DNA of 64,000 bases from positions 15,601 to 79,600 of IMG/VR virus record IMGVR_UViG_3300028601_000030. One strand, written 5' to 3'. The stretch is from a virus. Taxonomy: Duplodnaviria > Caudoviricetes. The notes beneath the pieces were generated by a model. The model made no database searches. It saw nothing but the letters and a program-made list of their open reading frames with translations, and was not told where the DNA came from. The position numbers were made by a program, and so were the translations under genes. This document shows, one piece after another, positions 54,057 through 63,470 of this stretch (position 1 is its first letter; the number at the start of each line of letters is the position of its first letter).

Positions 54057-54416
54057 ATGAGCAAAGCAAGAATTGGTTTAACATTCAATTCTGATCGGTT
54101 GCCTGGGAAGGTTGTTGAGTCGTGGTGGCAGGTTCACACTGACTATGACGGCACTGAGTACAAGTTGCAGACACGTCTTCGGGTTGGGTATACAACTACT
54201 GGCAAGTTATTTCGTAAGACGGATTTCATTTTGATCATTGGTTCTTTGGGTTGGGATTATTACAACATGGTTTCTGCTCATGTCTTGGAACATGGCACAC
54301 ATTTGATGGAAACTAATGTCGGTTGGGTTTGTCTTTCTTGTCTCACGTCTGACTGCATTAGGTACTCAGAGAAGACCGGCATTCGTGAATGCACACGTTG
54401 TGGGGCAGCTAAATAG
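54057..54416 (+). CDS. Hypothetical early protein with C-terminal CxxC..CxxC
   Basis: GGGAGG RBS; extended -10 TGCTATACT near 53974. Confidence 0.7.
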   Translation: MSKARIGLTFNSDRLPGKVVESWWQVHTDYDGTEYKLQTRLRVGYTTTGKLFRKTDFILIIGSLGWDYYNMVSAHVLEHGTHLMETNVGWVCLSCLTSDCIRYSEKTGIRECTRCGAAK

Positions 54417-54554
54417 GGAGGTTTCGTTTTAGAAATAGGGTATCATAATCGGCATGTGGCTGCTGGATTTGCTAAATGGTTCTTTTTGTCGGTAAATTCA
54501 GCAGTTGCTGGCTATTTTGTTCGTTTTTGGTCGTGAATTATTTTTAGGTTCAAA

Positions 54555-54583
54555 TTGCTATTTTTAGCTGGCTGTGATATGCT
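54555..54583 (+). promoter_or_regulatory. Early promoter
   Basis: TTGCTA-N17-TATGCT. Confidence 0.65.
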
Positions 54584-54679
54584 TATATGTAAGTTATCGT
54601 ATGCGCAGTTCAGCGTGTGCGGTTTGTCTCTCAAATTGAAAGGGTTAATTATGTACAAGGCTCACAGTAAGGAGGCATC

Positions 54680-54937
54680 ATGAAAGTTATAGGGTGCGGG
54701 TTTGATTTTCATTTTAAGGGCGAACATGTAGCGTTTCAGGTCGCATTTGACTTGAGACGGCACGATGTTCCTTTGTCGTATTATTTTCAAGAGTTGGAGT
54801 TCCAGATATTCGAGACGTTGCGCGAGAATCTTGGTGGTTCTGATGCGTTTTATCTGACCCGGACTGGCACAAGGTTTCGCATTCACTTTGGTGCAATGCG
54901 AATTTACTCGGAACCAATCACTATTTGGGAGGAATGA
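54680..54937 (+). CDS. Hypothetical protein
   Basis: AGGAGG RBS. Confidence 0.7.
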   Translation: MKVIGCGFDFHFKGEHVAFQVAFDLRRHDVPLSYYFQELEFQIFETLRENLGGSDAFYLTRTGTRFRIHFGAMRIYSEPITIWEE

Positions 54938-55353
54938 TTATGCCTACGGTGGAAGATGTTGTTGCATACTTGGAGAAGAATTACGATAAGGATCAATACA
55001 TAGCTGCTGATTTCTGGACGGATGAAGATGTGCATGAACTGGCTTGGGATGAAGGTATTCAGTTGAACACGGCGCAAGTTCATCTTGTGTTGGACAAAAT
55101 CCATCACAACATAGATGCTTTGGATGGATTGCAATACTCTGTGGTTATGCAAACAGGAGATTCTATGCTGTACACGGTAGAAGATATTTCGGAGAAGGAT
55201 TTTGCTGAAGCTTCGGCTATGTGTCTGCGAGGTGAGGAATTGTCACTGACGTTGGCTCTTTGCAAGGTTCTTTCGAAAAAACACGGCAGTGAATATGTGT
55301 TTGGTGAGCCGGATGTGTATTGCTTTGTGCCGAAGGAGTTTGTAAAGGAATGA
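54934..55353 (+). CDS. Hypothetical acidic protein
   Basis: Overlapping start; GGAGG. Confidence 0.7.
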   Translation: MIMPTVEDVVAYLEKNYDKDQYIAADFWTDEDVHELAWDEGIQLNTAQVHLVLDKIHHNIDALDGLQYSVVMQTGDSMLYTVEDISEKDFAEASAMCLRGEELSLTLALCKVLSKKHGSEYVFGEPDVYCFVPKEFVKE

Positions 55354-55655
55354 TGTTTCTCTATACGGATTTAAAAGTCGGTGACTTGGATTTGACATCT
55401 ACTGCGGTTTATCGGGAAAACGATGAAATATCCAAGGTGTTTGATGGGTTGATAGGGTCGGTAATCAACAAGAGTGGTGGCAAATTCGACTTCGGCATTG
55501 GCTTCTCTACGGAAAACAAGCAAAATTTTGTTCATGTGTTGGCACTAGATCCTTCGGATCACAATGAGGTGTTGGGTGAAGCTACCGTAGACATGATAGA
55601 TGTCAATGAATGGTTAAAACGTCTTGCAGATAGGAAAAACCATGATCGTATATGA
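55350..55655 (+). CDS. Hypothetical protein
   Basis: ATGA overlap with the upstream stop. Confidence 0.65.
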   Translation: MMFLYTDLKVGDLDLTSTAVYRENDEISKVFDGLIGSVINKSGGKFDFGIGFSTENKQNFVHVLALDPSDHNEVLGEATVDMIDVNEWLKRLADRKNHDRI

Positions 55656-55872
55656 TTTAGTTAAAGACGCGGAGATCGAGTTCCATAACGTAGGGGGTAC
55701 GCAAGCCTACGTTAGTAGGAGAATTAACGAGGAGCTCGTCAAAATGATGCGGGAAAGGGATTCAAATGTTATTGATGTGCGTCGTTATGAAAAAGAGATG
55801 GGTAGTTTACACTTCGGATTGTCATTTAATGGCAAGTATCAAGGAGATATTCTGTTTATAAGGAGGACGTAA
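55642..55872 (+). CDS. Hypothetical protein
   Basis: AGGA RBS; in operon. Confidence 0.6.
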   Translation: MIVYDLVKDAEIEFHNVGGTQAYVSRRINEELVKMMRERDSNVIDVRRYEKEMGSLHFGLSFNGKYQGDILFIRRT

Positions 55873-56127
55873 ATGGCTTTGCTTGAAAGACGGGAAAAAC
55901 AGAGAAAGCAATCCGAGATTGAATATCCTAGGGGAGGACACGTTGCGGATCCACCGGAAGATTGTCCATGGAGAAAGAAGTTTGAGCCAGGAGGTGCTTA
56001 CTGGACAGAAACTTGTTTCTGTGGATACTACTGTGATGAACAGTGTGGACAATTTCGGGCACATGTACACAAGCACAAGATGGCTAGAGCGGAAGCATTC
56101 AAACGGGAAAAAAGAGAGGAGAAGTAG
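55873..56127 (+). CDS. Hypothetical Cys-rich protein
   Basis: AGGAGG RBS; C..CFCGYYC...C. Confidence 0.7.
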   Translation: MALLERREKQRKQSEIEYPRGGHVADPPEDCPWRKKFEPGGAYWTETCFCGYYCDEQCGQFRAHVHKHKMARAEAFKREKREEK

Positions 56128-56128
56128 T

Positions 56129-56500
56129 ATGAAAAAGGTTGACATGCTTTGTTTTTGGTGTCGAGAAGTTAAAGGTGAAGCTGAAGTGGAAGACGGTTTT
56201 GGGGACGGTCCCGCATTCGCGGACTATATTCCCTGCGACCACTGTGCAATGAAGATGGTTAAAGGTATCACTTTGGTTGCTGTCGATGAAGAACCCCAGT
56301 TTGAAGGTCAAGACCCTTTCGGTACAGCTCGCTACCCAATAGGTTCATGGGCAGTTATTGATGAATCTTGGGTAAAAGATGTGTTCGAGGATGGTGAATT
56401 TAAAGATCATGTGTTGGAAAAACGCATCATGCTCATGGATAAAGAAGAACTGGAAGATCTCTTATTATCGGCGCGTGAGCGAACCTCACCGGTATCCTAA
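56129..56500 (+). CDS. Hypothetical protein with CxxC pairs
   Basis: GAGGAG RBS; CFWC and CDHC. Confidence 0.7.
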   Translation: MKKVDMLCFWCREVKGEAEVEDGFGDGPAFADYIPCDHCAMKMVKGITLVAVDEEPQFEGQDPFGTARYPIGSWAVIDESWVKDVFEDGEFKDHVLEKRIMLMDKEELEDLLLSARERTSPVS

Positions 56501-56558
56501 TGGTACAGTAAGATTTATCGGTAAAAGCTCAGGCCTCAATTTATTTTGAGGCTTTTGC

Positions 56559-56587
56559 TTGTGCTTATAAATCGGATACGATATGCT
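56559..56587 (+). promoter_or_regulatory. Early promoter
   Basis: TTGTGC-N17-TATGCT. Confidence 0.6.
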
Positions 56588-56658
56588 TCTAATTAAGCAC
56601 AACAGTGTATCGAGCGCACTTCAGCGATCGGTGCTAATCACTCAAACAGGAGGTAAAA

Positions 56659-56905
56659 ATGAGAAAAGGTATGACTTCGCTAGTCGGCACATCTAAAGGT
56701 ATTGTTCTCGCACAAAAAATTGGTTCATCCTACTATTAAAACTGACGACCATCTATCTTATGTCTTGATTGAGACGCCGGACGGTGAGTATGTCGTATGG
56801 CTGCACAATGCTGAACACGGCTCTATTCACGATGGCTTTTCAAATGGTCACTATTTTCAAACTTTGGTCGAAGCCTTTGCATTTTTCGACAAGGAAGGAC
56901 TGTAG
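56659..56905 (+). pseudogene. Small gene apparently frameshifted at an A6 run
   Basis: AGGAGG plus ATG 56659 gives only 26 aa; removing one A at 56714-56719 joins it to the 56702-56905 ORF. Confidence 0.5.
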
Positions 56906-56907
56906 TC

Positions 56908-57126
56908 ATGGAAAAATATCTTCCCCAATTTAATCGTAAGCGACACGGCAGTTTGTATGATCGTGGCGGAGCTGATTCTTATTATCGGCGCGTGAGCGAA
57001 CCTCACTGGTATCCTAATGGTACAGGAAATAAACCGAAAATCACAGACTTAACTGAAGATGAAATAGCGGAATACAATCAAGGCTATTTCGACAACGAAT
57101 CTGACGACTCTCATAAGGAATGGTGA
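56908..57126 (+). CDS. Hypothetical protein
   Basis: YDRGGADSYY, YNQGY motifs. Confidence 0.75.
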   Translation: MEKYLPQFNRKRHGSLYDRGGADSYYRRVSEPHWYPNGTGNKPKITDLTEDEIAEYNQGYFDNESDDSHKEW

Positions 57127-57131
57127 TAATC

Positions 57132-57383
57132 ATGAAATACTTGGAAGATCATTACTCAGGTGAAATAAAGGTTAAAGAATCTCCGTTGTGGTATCATGAG
57201 CAAGGTTTGATGCAAACTGCAACTGGTTATGGCAATAAGTTAAAAACTACGTTCATGGTATTTGTAGATGGGCGTTGGCGTCGAGTTTATTGTCGGATAT
57301 TCAGTAATATCGGCAGTTTATACATCATCTGGAAAAAGGAAGAATACATCATAAAATATGATCATACGTTGACAGGAGAATAA
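57132..57383 (+). CDS. Hypothetical protein
   Basis: TATGYG.KL.T...V..DGRWRRVY. Confidence 0.75.
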   Translation: MKYLEDHYSGEIKVKESPLWYHEQGLMQTATGYGNKLKTTFMVFVDGRWRRVYCRIFSNIGSLYIIWKKEEYIIKYDHTLTGE

Positions 57384-57385
57384 AC

Positions 57386-57613
57386 ATGGCTAGAACTGAC
57401 TTGGAAATACATGATGTTGAACGTAGGGAAGACTTAGAAGGTAGTGACCACAAATTTGCAGAATATTTAAGGCAACATAATTGGAACAGAAAGGCTGAGT
57501 TTATAGGCGATGCGTCATTATTTTTAAAACCCAATAAGGAACAAATCGCAATTGCGGTTTATGATAACAAGGAATGTACATACAAGGTTTACACACCAAA
57601 GGAGGCAAAATGA
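57386..57613 (+). CDS. Hypothetical protein
   Basis: AGGAG RBS. Confidence 0.7.
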   Translation: MARTDLEIHDVERREDLEGSDHKFAEYLRQHNWNRKAEFIGDASLFLKPNKEQIAIAVYDNKECTYKVYTPKEAK

Positions 57614-57921
57614 ACACATCATTTGAGGACATTCGGTCATTCTATGAATCAGCTTGCATGGATATGGCAAGTAATTCGGTAGATAACTACGAAGATGGGT
57701 TTTTTGACGAAAGTGCGGACATCATTGAAAAAGCAGGTTCTGATCGTTGTAGCAGGGTAGAAGCTGTGATGGATGATTTGTTTAATGATGTTGGAGTAGC
57801 AACTGACTTGATAGGAGATCAACTCAATGCGGCAGAAAACAAGGATGAAGTTCTTCAGAAGATGGTTGAAGCTGAATCCCCATATCGGGAAGTGGCTGAG
57901 CGTCTTATCTTTAAGGGGTAA
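57610..57921 (+). CDS. Hypothetical acidic protein
   Basis: GGAGG RBS; ATGA-type overlap. Confidence 0.7.
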   Translation: MNTSFEDIRSFYESACMDMASNSVDNYEDGFFDESADIIEKAGSDRCSRVEAVMDDLFNDVGVATDLIGDQLNAAENKDEVLQKMVEAESPYREVAERLIFKG

Positions 57922-57924
57922 ATT

Positions 57925-58314
57925 ATGGTTCTTTATTCAAACATTGCGTTGGAAGCGGAAACAACTTTCGTTTATGAGGGAAGTCGGTTACTTGAAATTC
58001 ACAACAACACAACTCTGGAAGGCAAGAAACTGCCGGATGTCTTTGTCTTCTTTGAAAAACGGAACAGGAAATCTATTGTCTCAATCTCGGATTTGGATGA
58101 AACAAAAGGCACACCAGATTTTGTCTTTGGTCTGTTCGTAGGCAGCGACTTCAAAGCAACCAAGGGCTGTCGTTTCGAAGGTCAGACGAAAACCAAAGAT
58201 GGTATCGTGAAACTTGGAATATTTAATCCTGATGGCGAAATTGAGGTTAATGGCAAACGCTTGGTAATTGTTCAAGGTCTCGGTTGGTTAGAAAAATCCG
58301 CTGAGGCGATATAA
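57925..58314 (+). CDS. Hypothetical protein
   Basis: In operon; AGGGG RBS. Confidence 0.65.
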   Translation: MVLYSNIALEAETTFVYEGSRLLEIHNNTTLEGKKLPDVFVFFEKRNRKSIVSISDLDETKGTPDFVFGLFVGSDFKATKGCRFEGQTKTKDGIVKLGIFNPDGEIEVNGKRLVIVQGLGWLEKSAEAI

Positions 58315-58332
58315 ATTTTTTATGGTATTAGC

Positions 58333-58361
58333 TTGCATCTGATATACAGATGCGCTATTCT
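58333..58361 (+). promoter_or_regulatory. Early promoter
   Basis: TTGCAT-N17-TATTCT; spacer shares CAGATGCG with the 51373 promoter. Confidence 0.7.
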
Positions 58362-58444
58362 TTACACGTAGCGCAAAGAGCGCATTTATTCAGTGAGCAT
58401 AATTGGTATGCTCGGTACACAATCTCAAGAAAAGGAGAAGGATT

Positions 58445-59083
58445 ATGACCACGACTCAGGCTAACGCAACAGCGACTACAAAGGCTAACGCATCTGCCCG
58501 TCGGAAATCAACTCGCACAGCGGCTGAGAAAGATACGGCGGCTACACAGACAACTGCAAAGAAAGCGGCTCCGAAGAAGGAAGCTCCGAAGAAGGATCTG
58601 AATCTTACGGTTTCTGAAGAAAAGCCGGAAGAAAAGTTCCAGTCAATGTGTGGATTTGAGTATGACCCCGCACCGGCAAGTTCTTGCAACCAGACTTGCA
58701 GTAAAGATAACCCAGACGCATACAAGGCATGTCTGGACAACTTCGAAAAGAATGGCAGCGCAAGGGTGAAAAAGGCTGCTACAAAGAAGAAGGCAACTCG
58801 TGGCAAGAATGTTTGGGGGCACTTGAATGGCTGTCAGGGATCATTGATTGATGATGTATTCTTGAACGGTGGAGCGCATACTCTTGAGGAAATTATGAAA
58901 GCTGCTGGCGCTACACGCGCTCGGACACTTTCGCATCTGAAACATCTTGTTGATGTTTGGAAAGTGGATCTTCGTATCACGGAAGACAAGAAATACTTTA
59001 TCACTGGTTATGGTTCTGAAGGTCTTGAAGGCAAAAAGACTAACGGTGTGAAGGTCAGTGAAGACGCTTCAGAAGAGAAATAG
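58445..59083 (+). CDS. Lys/Ala/Thr-rich protein with C-terminal winged-helix-like domain
   Basis: KKAAPKKEAPKK tracts; TLEEIMKAAGATRARTLSHLKHL. Confidence 0.65.
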   Translation: MTTTQANATATTKANASARRKSTRTAAEKDTAATQTTAKKAAPKKEAPKKDLNLTVSEEKPEEKFQSMCGFEYDPAPASSCNQTCSKDNPDAYKACLDNFEKNGSARVKKAATKKKATRGKNVWGHLNGCQGSLIDDVFLNGGAHTLEEIMKAAGATRARTLSHLKHLVDVWKVDLRITEDKKYFITGYGSEGLEGKKTNGVKVSEDASEEK

Positions 59084-59085
59084 CC

Positions 59086-59217
59086 ATGATTACTCTGGAA
59101 TTCAATGCTAGGCACAACTGCAAAGATGGCATTTCACAATCTGATATAATCTGCTGTGCAAAGGTGGCTGCACAGCAGATTGCAGAAGACTTCATAAAAG
59201 CCACTAAAGGAGATTGA
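59086..59217 (+). CDS. Small hypothetical protein (43 aa; not in ORF track)
   Basis: Fills the gap between two genes in the operon. Confidence 0.45.
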   Translation: MITLEFNARHNCKDGISQSDIICCAKVAAQQIAEDFIKATKGD

Positions 59218-59218
59218 A

Positions 59219-59890
59219 ATGGCAGAACAAAAGATACTGGACAGGCTGCAAAAGCTTCTCAGGCTTGCCGCTGATAATCCCGATTCCCCGGAATCACAGC
59301 TTGCTGGTGAACGTGCCGCGGAACTCATGGCTAAGTACAACGTCGGTCTGGAAGATGTCAAAGAAGATGGCACTATTGATTCTTCGAACATTCTGGAATC
59401 AGACGTTGTTTGCACGGTGAAACATCATCAGGCATGGGAGACTGATTTGGCTTCTGCATTGTGCGAGGCATTCGACTGTCAACGGATTTTGACTAATGCA
59501 GATAATGGTGCAAAGGTTAGACGGTTCATTGGTACGAAGTCTGATGTGGCTGTGTTGGTCAACTTCTACAAGTATCTTCGGCTTCGCATCGCAAAAGAGG
59601 CTGAGCATAAATATCGGCTACAGCGTGATCAGAAGATGTTTGGAATTGGCGTTGCTCGCGAACTTCGACCGAGACTGGTTGAAATGTATAAGCGAAAGCA
59701 GGAAGTTTCTTCGGAAGCTACAAACGCGCTCGTGGTCTGCAAGAAGGACGCAGTGGCAAACTTTCTGTCGTCTCAGTACCCCAGTATGAAAATGAAATCT
59801 TATTCAATGGGTTCTGGTTCGATGGCAGCTTATAGGGATGGTCTAGTTGTAGGCAAATCAATGTCAATCAATCAACAAGTAGGAGGATAA
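59219..59890 (+). CDS. DUF2786-containing protein
   Basis: KILDRLQKLLRLA...ESQLAGERAAELMAKYNV. Confidence 0.75.
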   Translation: MAEQKILDRLQKLLRLAADNPDSPESQLAGERAAELMAKYNVGLEDVKEDGTIDSSNILESDVVCTVKHHQAWETDLASALCEAFDCQRILTNADNGAKVRRFIGTKSDVAVLVNFYKYLRLRIAKEAEHKYRLQRDQKMFGIGVARELRPRLVEMYKRKQEVSSEATNALVVCKKDAVANFLSSQYPSMKMKSYSMGSGSMAAYRDGLVVGKSMSINQQVGG

Positions 59891-59892
59891 TC

Positions 59893-60783
59893 ATGACTGG
59901 TCAAGAAGAACTTCAGAAAATCCAAGAGATAGAAGAGGTGAAGGTTAAAATTCGTGAGAAGTTTCCCGAAGTAGTGTGGCCTGAGCCAATACTTGAACCG
60001 ATCTTCTTCGGAAGACTTGACAAAACATTGGTTGAGAATCGCAAGTTGGTTCTTGATGCAAATACCGGCGCACAATTTGACATCGTATCGGATCATTACG
60101 ATTTAATACCACATGAAGTTGCAACATACAATTTGCTCAAGGCTATTCCTGAAGAGTTTGGTGAGCCGGAGCTAAAATTTCACATGTGGCAAGACGGCGC
60201 GCGTTTCAGGGTAGAGGCGTACTTCCCCGATGTTGGGCAGTTCGATGTGAAAATAGGTGACCCTGTTCGTCCGCGCATCATTCAGACAAACTCACTTGAT
60301 AGGAGTCAGCACTACGGACTTGATTTCGGTGCTGAGGAACTTGTCTGTTCAAACGGTCTGATTGCTTTCAAGTCAAGAGTCAGCACTCGTAGGCGGCATA
60401 TCTTTGGTGCTGAGGAAGTCAGCTCCATTTCAGAAAATCTGAAGAAGGAAATGGAAAACTTCAGTGACCAAATGGATCTGTGGAAACAATGGGCGGAGAC
60501 AAGTGTTGGTGTTCTTGAAGAAATGGAAGTTGACTTGGAAAATCTTCCTTTCTCGGAAGCTGAACGTGACAAGGTTCTTCAACTGCCGTTGATGAATCAC
60601 AACAAGGAGGCTACACTCAGCAGTTTGCTGAAGAAAGGCACAGCTACAATTTGGGATATTAACTCCGCTTGTACGCAATATGCCCGACACGAAGTAAATT
60701 CAGCGCAACGGTCATTTGACTTGGAGCGCAAAATGGCACAATTCTCAAACAAACTTTGGGGGAAATACAAAGGTGTTGCATAG
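59893..60783 (+). CDS. DUF932/DUF945-like protein
   Basis: VSDHY..IPH, GDPV...NS.D....G...LVCSNGLI. Confidence 0.7.
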   Translation: MTGQEELQKIQEIEEVKVKIREKFPEVVWPEPILEPIFFGRLDKTLVENRKLVLDANTGAQFDIVSDHYDLIPHEVATYNLLKAIPEEFGEPELKFHMWQDGARFRVEAYFPDVGQFDVKIGDPVRPRIIQTNSLDRSQHYGLDFGAEELVCSNGLIAFKSRVSTRRRHIFGAEEVSSISENLKKEMENFSDQMDLWKQWAETSVGVLEEMEVDLENLPFSEAERDKVLQLPLMNHNKEATLSSLLKKGTATIWDINSACTQYARHEVNSAQRSFDLERKMAQFSNKLWGKYKGVA

Positions 60784-60829
60784 TCACGTAAACGAGGGGG
60801 AGCAATCCCCCTTTAAGGACATTGATTTT

Positions 60830-61213
60830 ATGATGGATCAACTCAAAAAATATTTAACAGCGGCTATCGCTCGCAAGGTCTATCACAAGAACTTGCGCTC
60901 GGTAACTGTATTCGACCGAAACGAAAAACCGAAATTCCATTTTATCTATGACATTGAATATGAACAGGATATCAAATGGTGGTACTTTGAACAGAGAGGT
61001 TGGACTGTGAAAGAACGGTCGAATATCGCGGAACTGGACACACTGCCCTTGCAGCCCGTATATGTGACAAGTGAGTTTTGGACATGTGACTGTATGGAAC
61101 ATTTTGTTCACCACAAAACTCTTTTCACTTGTCCTAGATGTAAACGTACTGTTGCGGATCATGAACAGTGTCTTGATACTCCCACTTACTTAAAAGGAGG
61201 CCCTAATGCCTGA
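60830..61213 (+). CDS. Hypothetical protein with CDC/CPRC
   Basis: ATG 60830 after hairpin GAGGGGG/CCCCCTT. Confidence 0.65.
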   Translation: MMDQLKKYLTAAIARKVYHKNLRSVTVFDRNEKPKFHFIYDIEYEQDIKWWYFEQRGWTVKERSNIAELDTLPLQPVYVTSEFWTCDCMEHFVHHKTLFTCPRCKRTVADHEQCLDTPTYLKGGPNA

Positions 61214-61571
61214 TAAAACTGATACAATCGTTGTGGAAGAAGTAGCTGTACGTTTGGCTTTGCTCAAAACTCAGGAACGTAGACTGAAAGAGGAAATAAA
61301 AGAAGCCCAACAGGAACTTCTCGATGCTGGCGTTGCTTGCAACCTACAAACAAAATACGGTAAATTGGCATACACTGTTCGGGAAAACTACGCTACGTCG
61401 GATCAAGCTGGTCTTATCAAGTTCATGGGACAGAAGGCATTTAATGCTCATGCGACTATCAGCAAAACTGGTGTTGAGAAAGCTATCGGTGACGTTGGCT
61501 TTCGTGACGCGCTTGATAAGGGTCTTATGCAGGTCAAAAACGTTTCTGAATATTTCATGCTGAAAAAGTAG
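61206..61571 (+). CDS. Hypothetical protein (121 aa)
   Basis: AGGAGG RBS; N-terminal coiled coil. Confidence 0.75.
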   Translation: MPDKTDTIVVEEVAVRLALLKTQERRLKEEIKEAQQELLDAGVACNLQTKYGKLAYTVRENYATSDQAGLIKFMGQKAFNAHATISKTGVEKAIGDVGFRDALDKGLMQVKNVSEYFMLKK

Positions 61572-61580
61572 CATAGACAC

Positions 61581-61640
61581 GACAGCACACAGTGCGGCTC
61601 GCTGCGGAATTTGCTCTGTGTGCTGTCTTTTTTCTTTTTT
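61581..61640 (+). terminator. Rho-independent terminator
   Basis: GACAGCACACAG/CTGTGTGCTGTC stem plus T-runs. Confidence 0.8.
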
Positions 61641-61704
61641 GTTACTCTGCTATGCTTTACATAATTTGAAACGCTCAGAAGCGAAATTACAGCATAGGTG
61701 ATTT

Positions 61705-63087
61705 ATGATTACATTGGAAGTATTAGACCCTGTATGGGTTAGAACTGACCACAAGGGCTTTCTGCACCTTAACAGTGCTTTGTCGTATGAACACAAATAC
61801 TGGAGAAAAATAGGTCACAGAAAAGAACAGGTCAGTGAGCGCCACTATATGATTGAGCAACGTGGCAAAGACGAATTTTATTTCTTATCAGGACTGCTTG
61901 ACCGAGCAGAAAGACATCTTGAACGTAATGATTTGGAATATGAAATCATTGATAATTTACCAGATGTAGAATTTGATGAACCGCATCTTGACGGTGTTAC
62001 CTTCATGAAACACCAAAAGAAACTGATTAAATGCGGAATTGAAATAGGTAGAGGGTTGATTGTAGCTCCTACTGGTACTGGTAAATCATACATTATCGCT
62101 GGGATATCATCTGCTTTCGTAAGATTAGATAAAATACTTTTCTTGGTACACACAACTGATTTGGTTGCACAGATGAAAGCGGACTTTGTTAAATTCTTCG
62201 GTGAAGAAAATGTCGGTGAATGGTCAGGTGCTCGGAAAAACATTAATACAATTACTGTGGCTACACACCAGTCATTCGTAAAAGTTTGCGACCAGCACGT
62301 AGATACGTTTGGTGTTGTGTTGATTGATGAAGGTCATCATGTATCAGACATAAACGGCAACTACGGCAAGATTCTTCAACGAAGTGCGGCACATACTAAA
62401 CTTGGATTCACTGCTACAAAAGGCGATCAGAACAAAACTCGTTGGGCGGCAGAAGCATTGCTTGGTCCTGTGATTGGTGAATACAAAATACAAGATGCCC
62501 AAAAGGACAACGTCCTAACAAAACCAGAAATACACATCTACACAGTCACAAGTGGTGTTGGGTATGAAAATGTCCTAGAAGATTATCCAGAAAAATATCA
62601 TTTTGGTATCATAGATAATTTCCCACGCAATAGGACGATTGCGAAAAAAGCTATAGAGTGCGCGAAGAAAGGGGAAACTACTCTGGTAACAATCAAGAAT
62701 ATTGAACATGGACACATTCTGCAGGAGTTGTTTGCTGATTATGGATATCATGTTCCGTTTGTTTATGGTGAATCGTCTTCGGCAGAACGTGATGCTGTTA
62801 AAAATGGACTGAAAGATGGTTCACTTAAACTAGCAATTACATCGGTAATTTTCGTCGAAGGTATTGATATACCGGTACTAAACACAGTTATCAATGCAGC
62901 CGCTGGACGTTCGTCTATTCAGACGGTTCAACGTATTGGTAGAGCTTTGCGTAAGGCAAAAGGAAAATCGGGTGCATTGCTTATTGACTTTTATGACAAA
63001 ACTATTGGTTCTCTTGAACGGCAATCAAAAGCACGAATCGACATCTACAAATCACGTGGCTGGAAAGTTATCAGAAAGAAGGGATGA
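61705..63087 (+). CDS. SF2 DExH helicase (UvsW/T5 D10-like)
   Basis: APTGTGKS, DEGHH, FTAT, EGIDIP, QRIGRALR. Confidence 0.92.
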   Translation: MITLEVLDPVWVRTDHKGFLHLNSALSYEHKYWRKIGHRKEQVSERHYMIEQRGKDEFYFLSGLLDRAERHLERNDLEYEIIDNLPDVEFDEPHLDGVTFMKHQKKLIKCGIEIGRGLIVAPTGTGKSYIIAGISSAFVRLDKILFLVHTTDLVAQMKADFVKFFGEENVGEWSGARKNINTITVATHQSFVKVCDQHVDTFGVVLIDEGHHVSDINGNYGKILQRSAAHTKLGFTATKGDQNKTRWAAEALLGPVIGEYKIQDAQKDNVLTKPEIHIYTVTSGVGYENVLEDYPEKYHFGIIDNFPRNRTIAKKAIECAKKGETTLVTIKNIEHGHILQELFADYGYHVPFVYGESSSAERDAVKNGLKDGSLKLAITSVIFVEGIDIPVLNTVINAAAGRSSIQTVQRIGRALRKAKGKSGALLIDFYDKTIGSLERQSKARIDIYKSRGWKVIRKKG

Positions 63088-63188
63088 TAGAAGTAACTGC
63101 TCGTTGGTTAAAATATGAACGCAGAATTACTGAACTTGAATATTCGGACTATATAAAGAATCGTTGGAAATTTGTTTAGGAGTTTGTT

Positions 63189-63470
63189 ATGAAAATATCA
63201 GGACAAACAGCAGAAGAGTATTTCGAGTACGAATGCAAGGATGAAAAGGCTAAAAAATTCTACGAAGAATTGATGGCCGAGAAAGATTCGGATTATTCTG
63301 AACTGCTGAAAATGGAAGTTGATAAAGAGACGGAACGTTTATCAGAACATCTTTACTTTGCTAGGGAATTAGTTTCAGCTATTCAAGAAAACATGGCCTA
63401 TGAAACAAATTTGCGTAAATTGAAATCCAATGTTCGCAACTTGATTGAGGAAAGCTACTTCGAGCTGTAA
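63189..63470 (+). CDS. Hypothetical acidic protein
   Basis: AGGAG RBS. Confidence 0.7.
   Translation: MKISGQTAEEYFEYECKDEKAKKFYEELMAEKDSDYSELLKMEVDKETERLSEHLYFARELVSAIQENMAYETNLRKLKSNVRNLIEESYFEL

Larger units (their letters stand above)
56460..57025. repeat. 49-bp direct repeat (1 mismatch) at 56460-56508 and 56977-57025
   Basis: TCTTATTATCGGCGCGTGAGCGAACCTCACYGGTATCCTAATGGTACAG. Confidence 0.95.
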
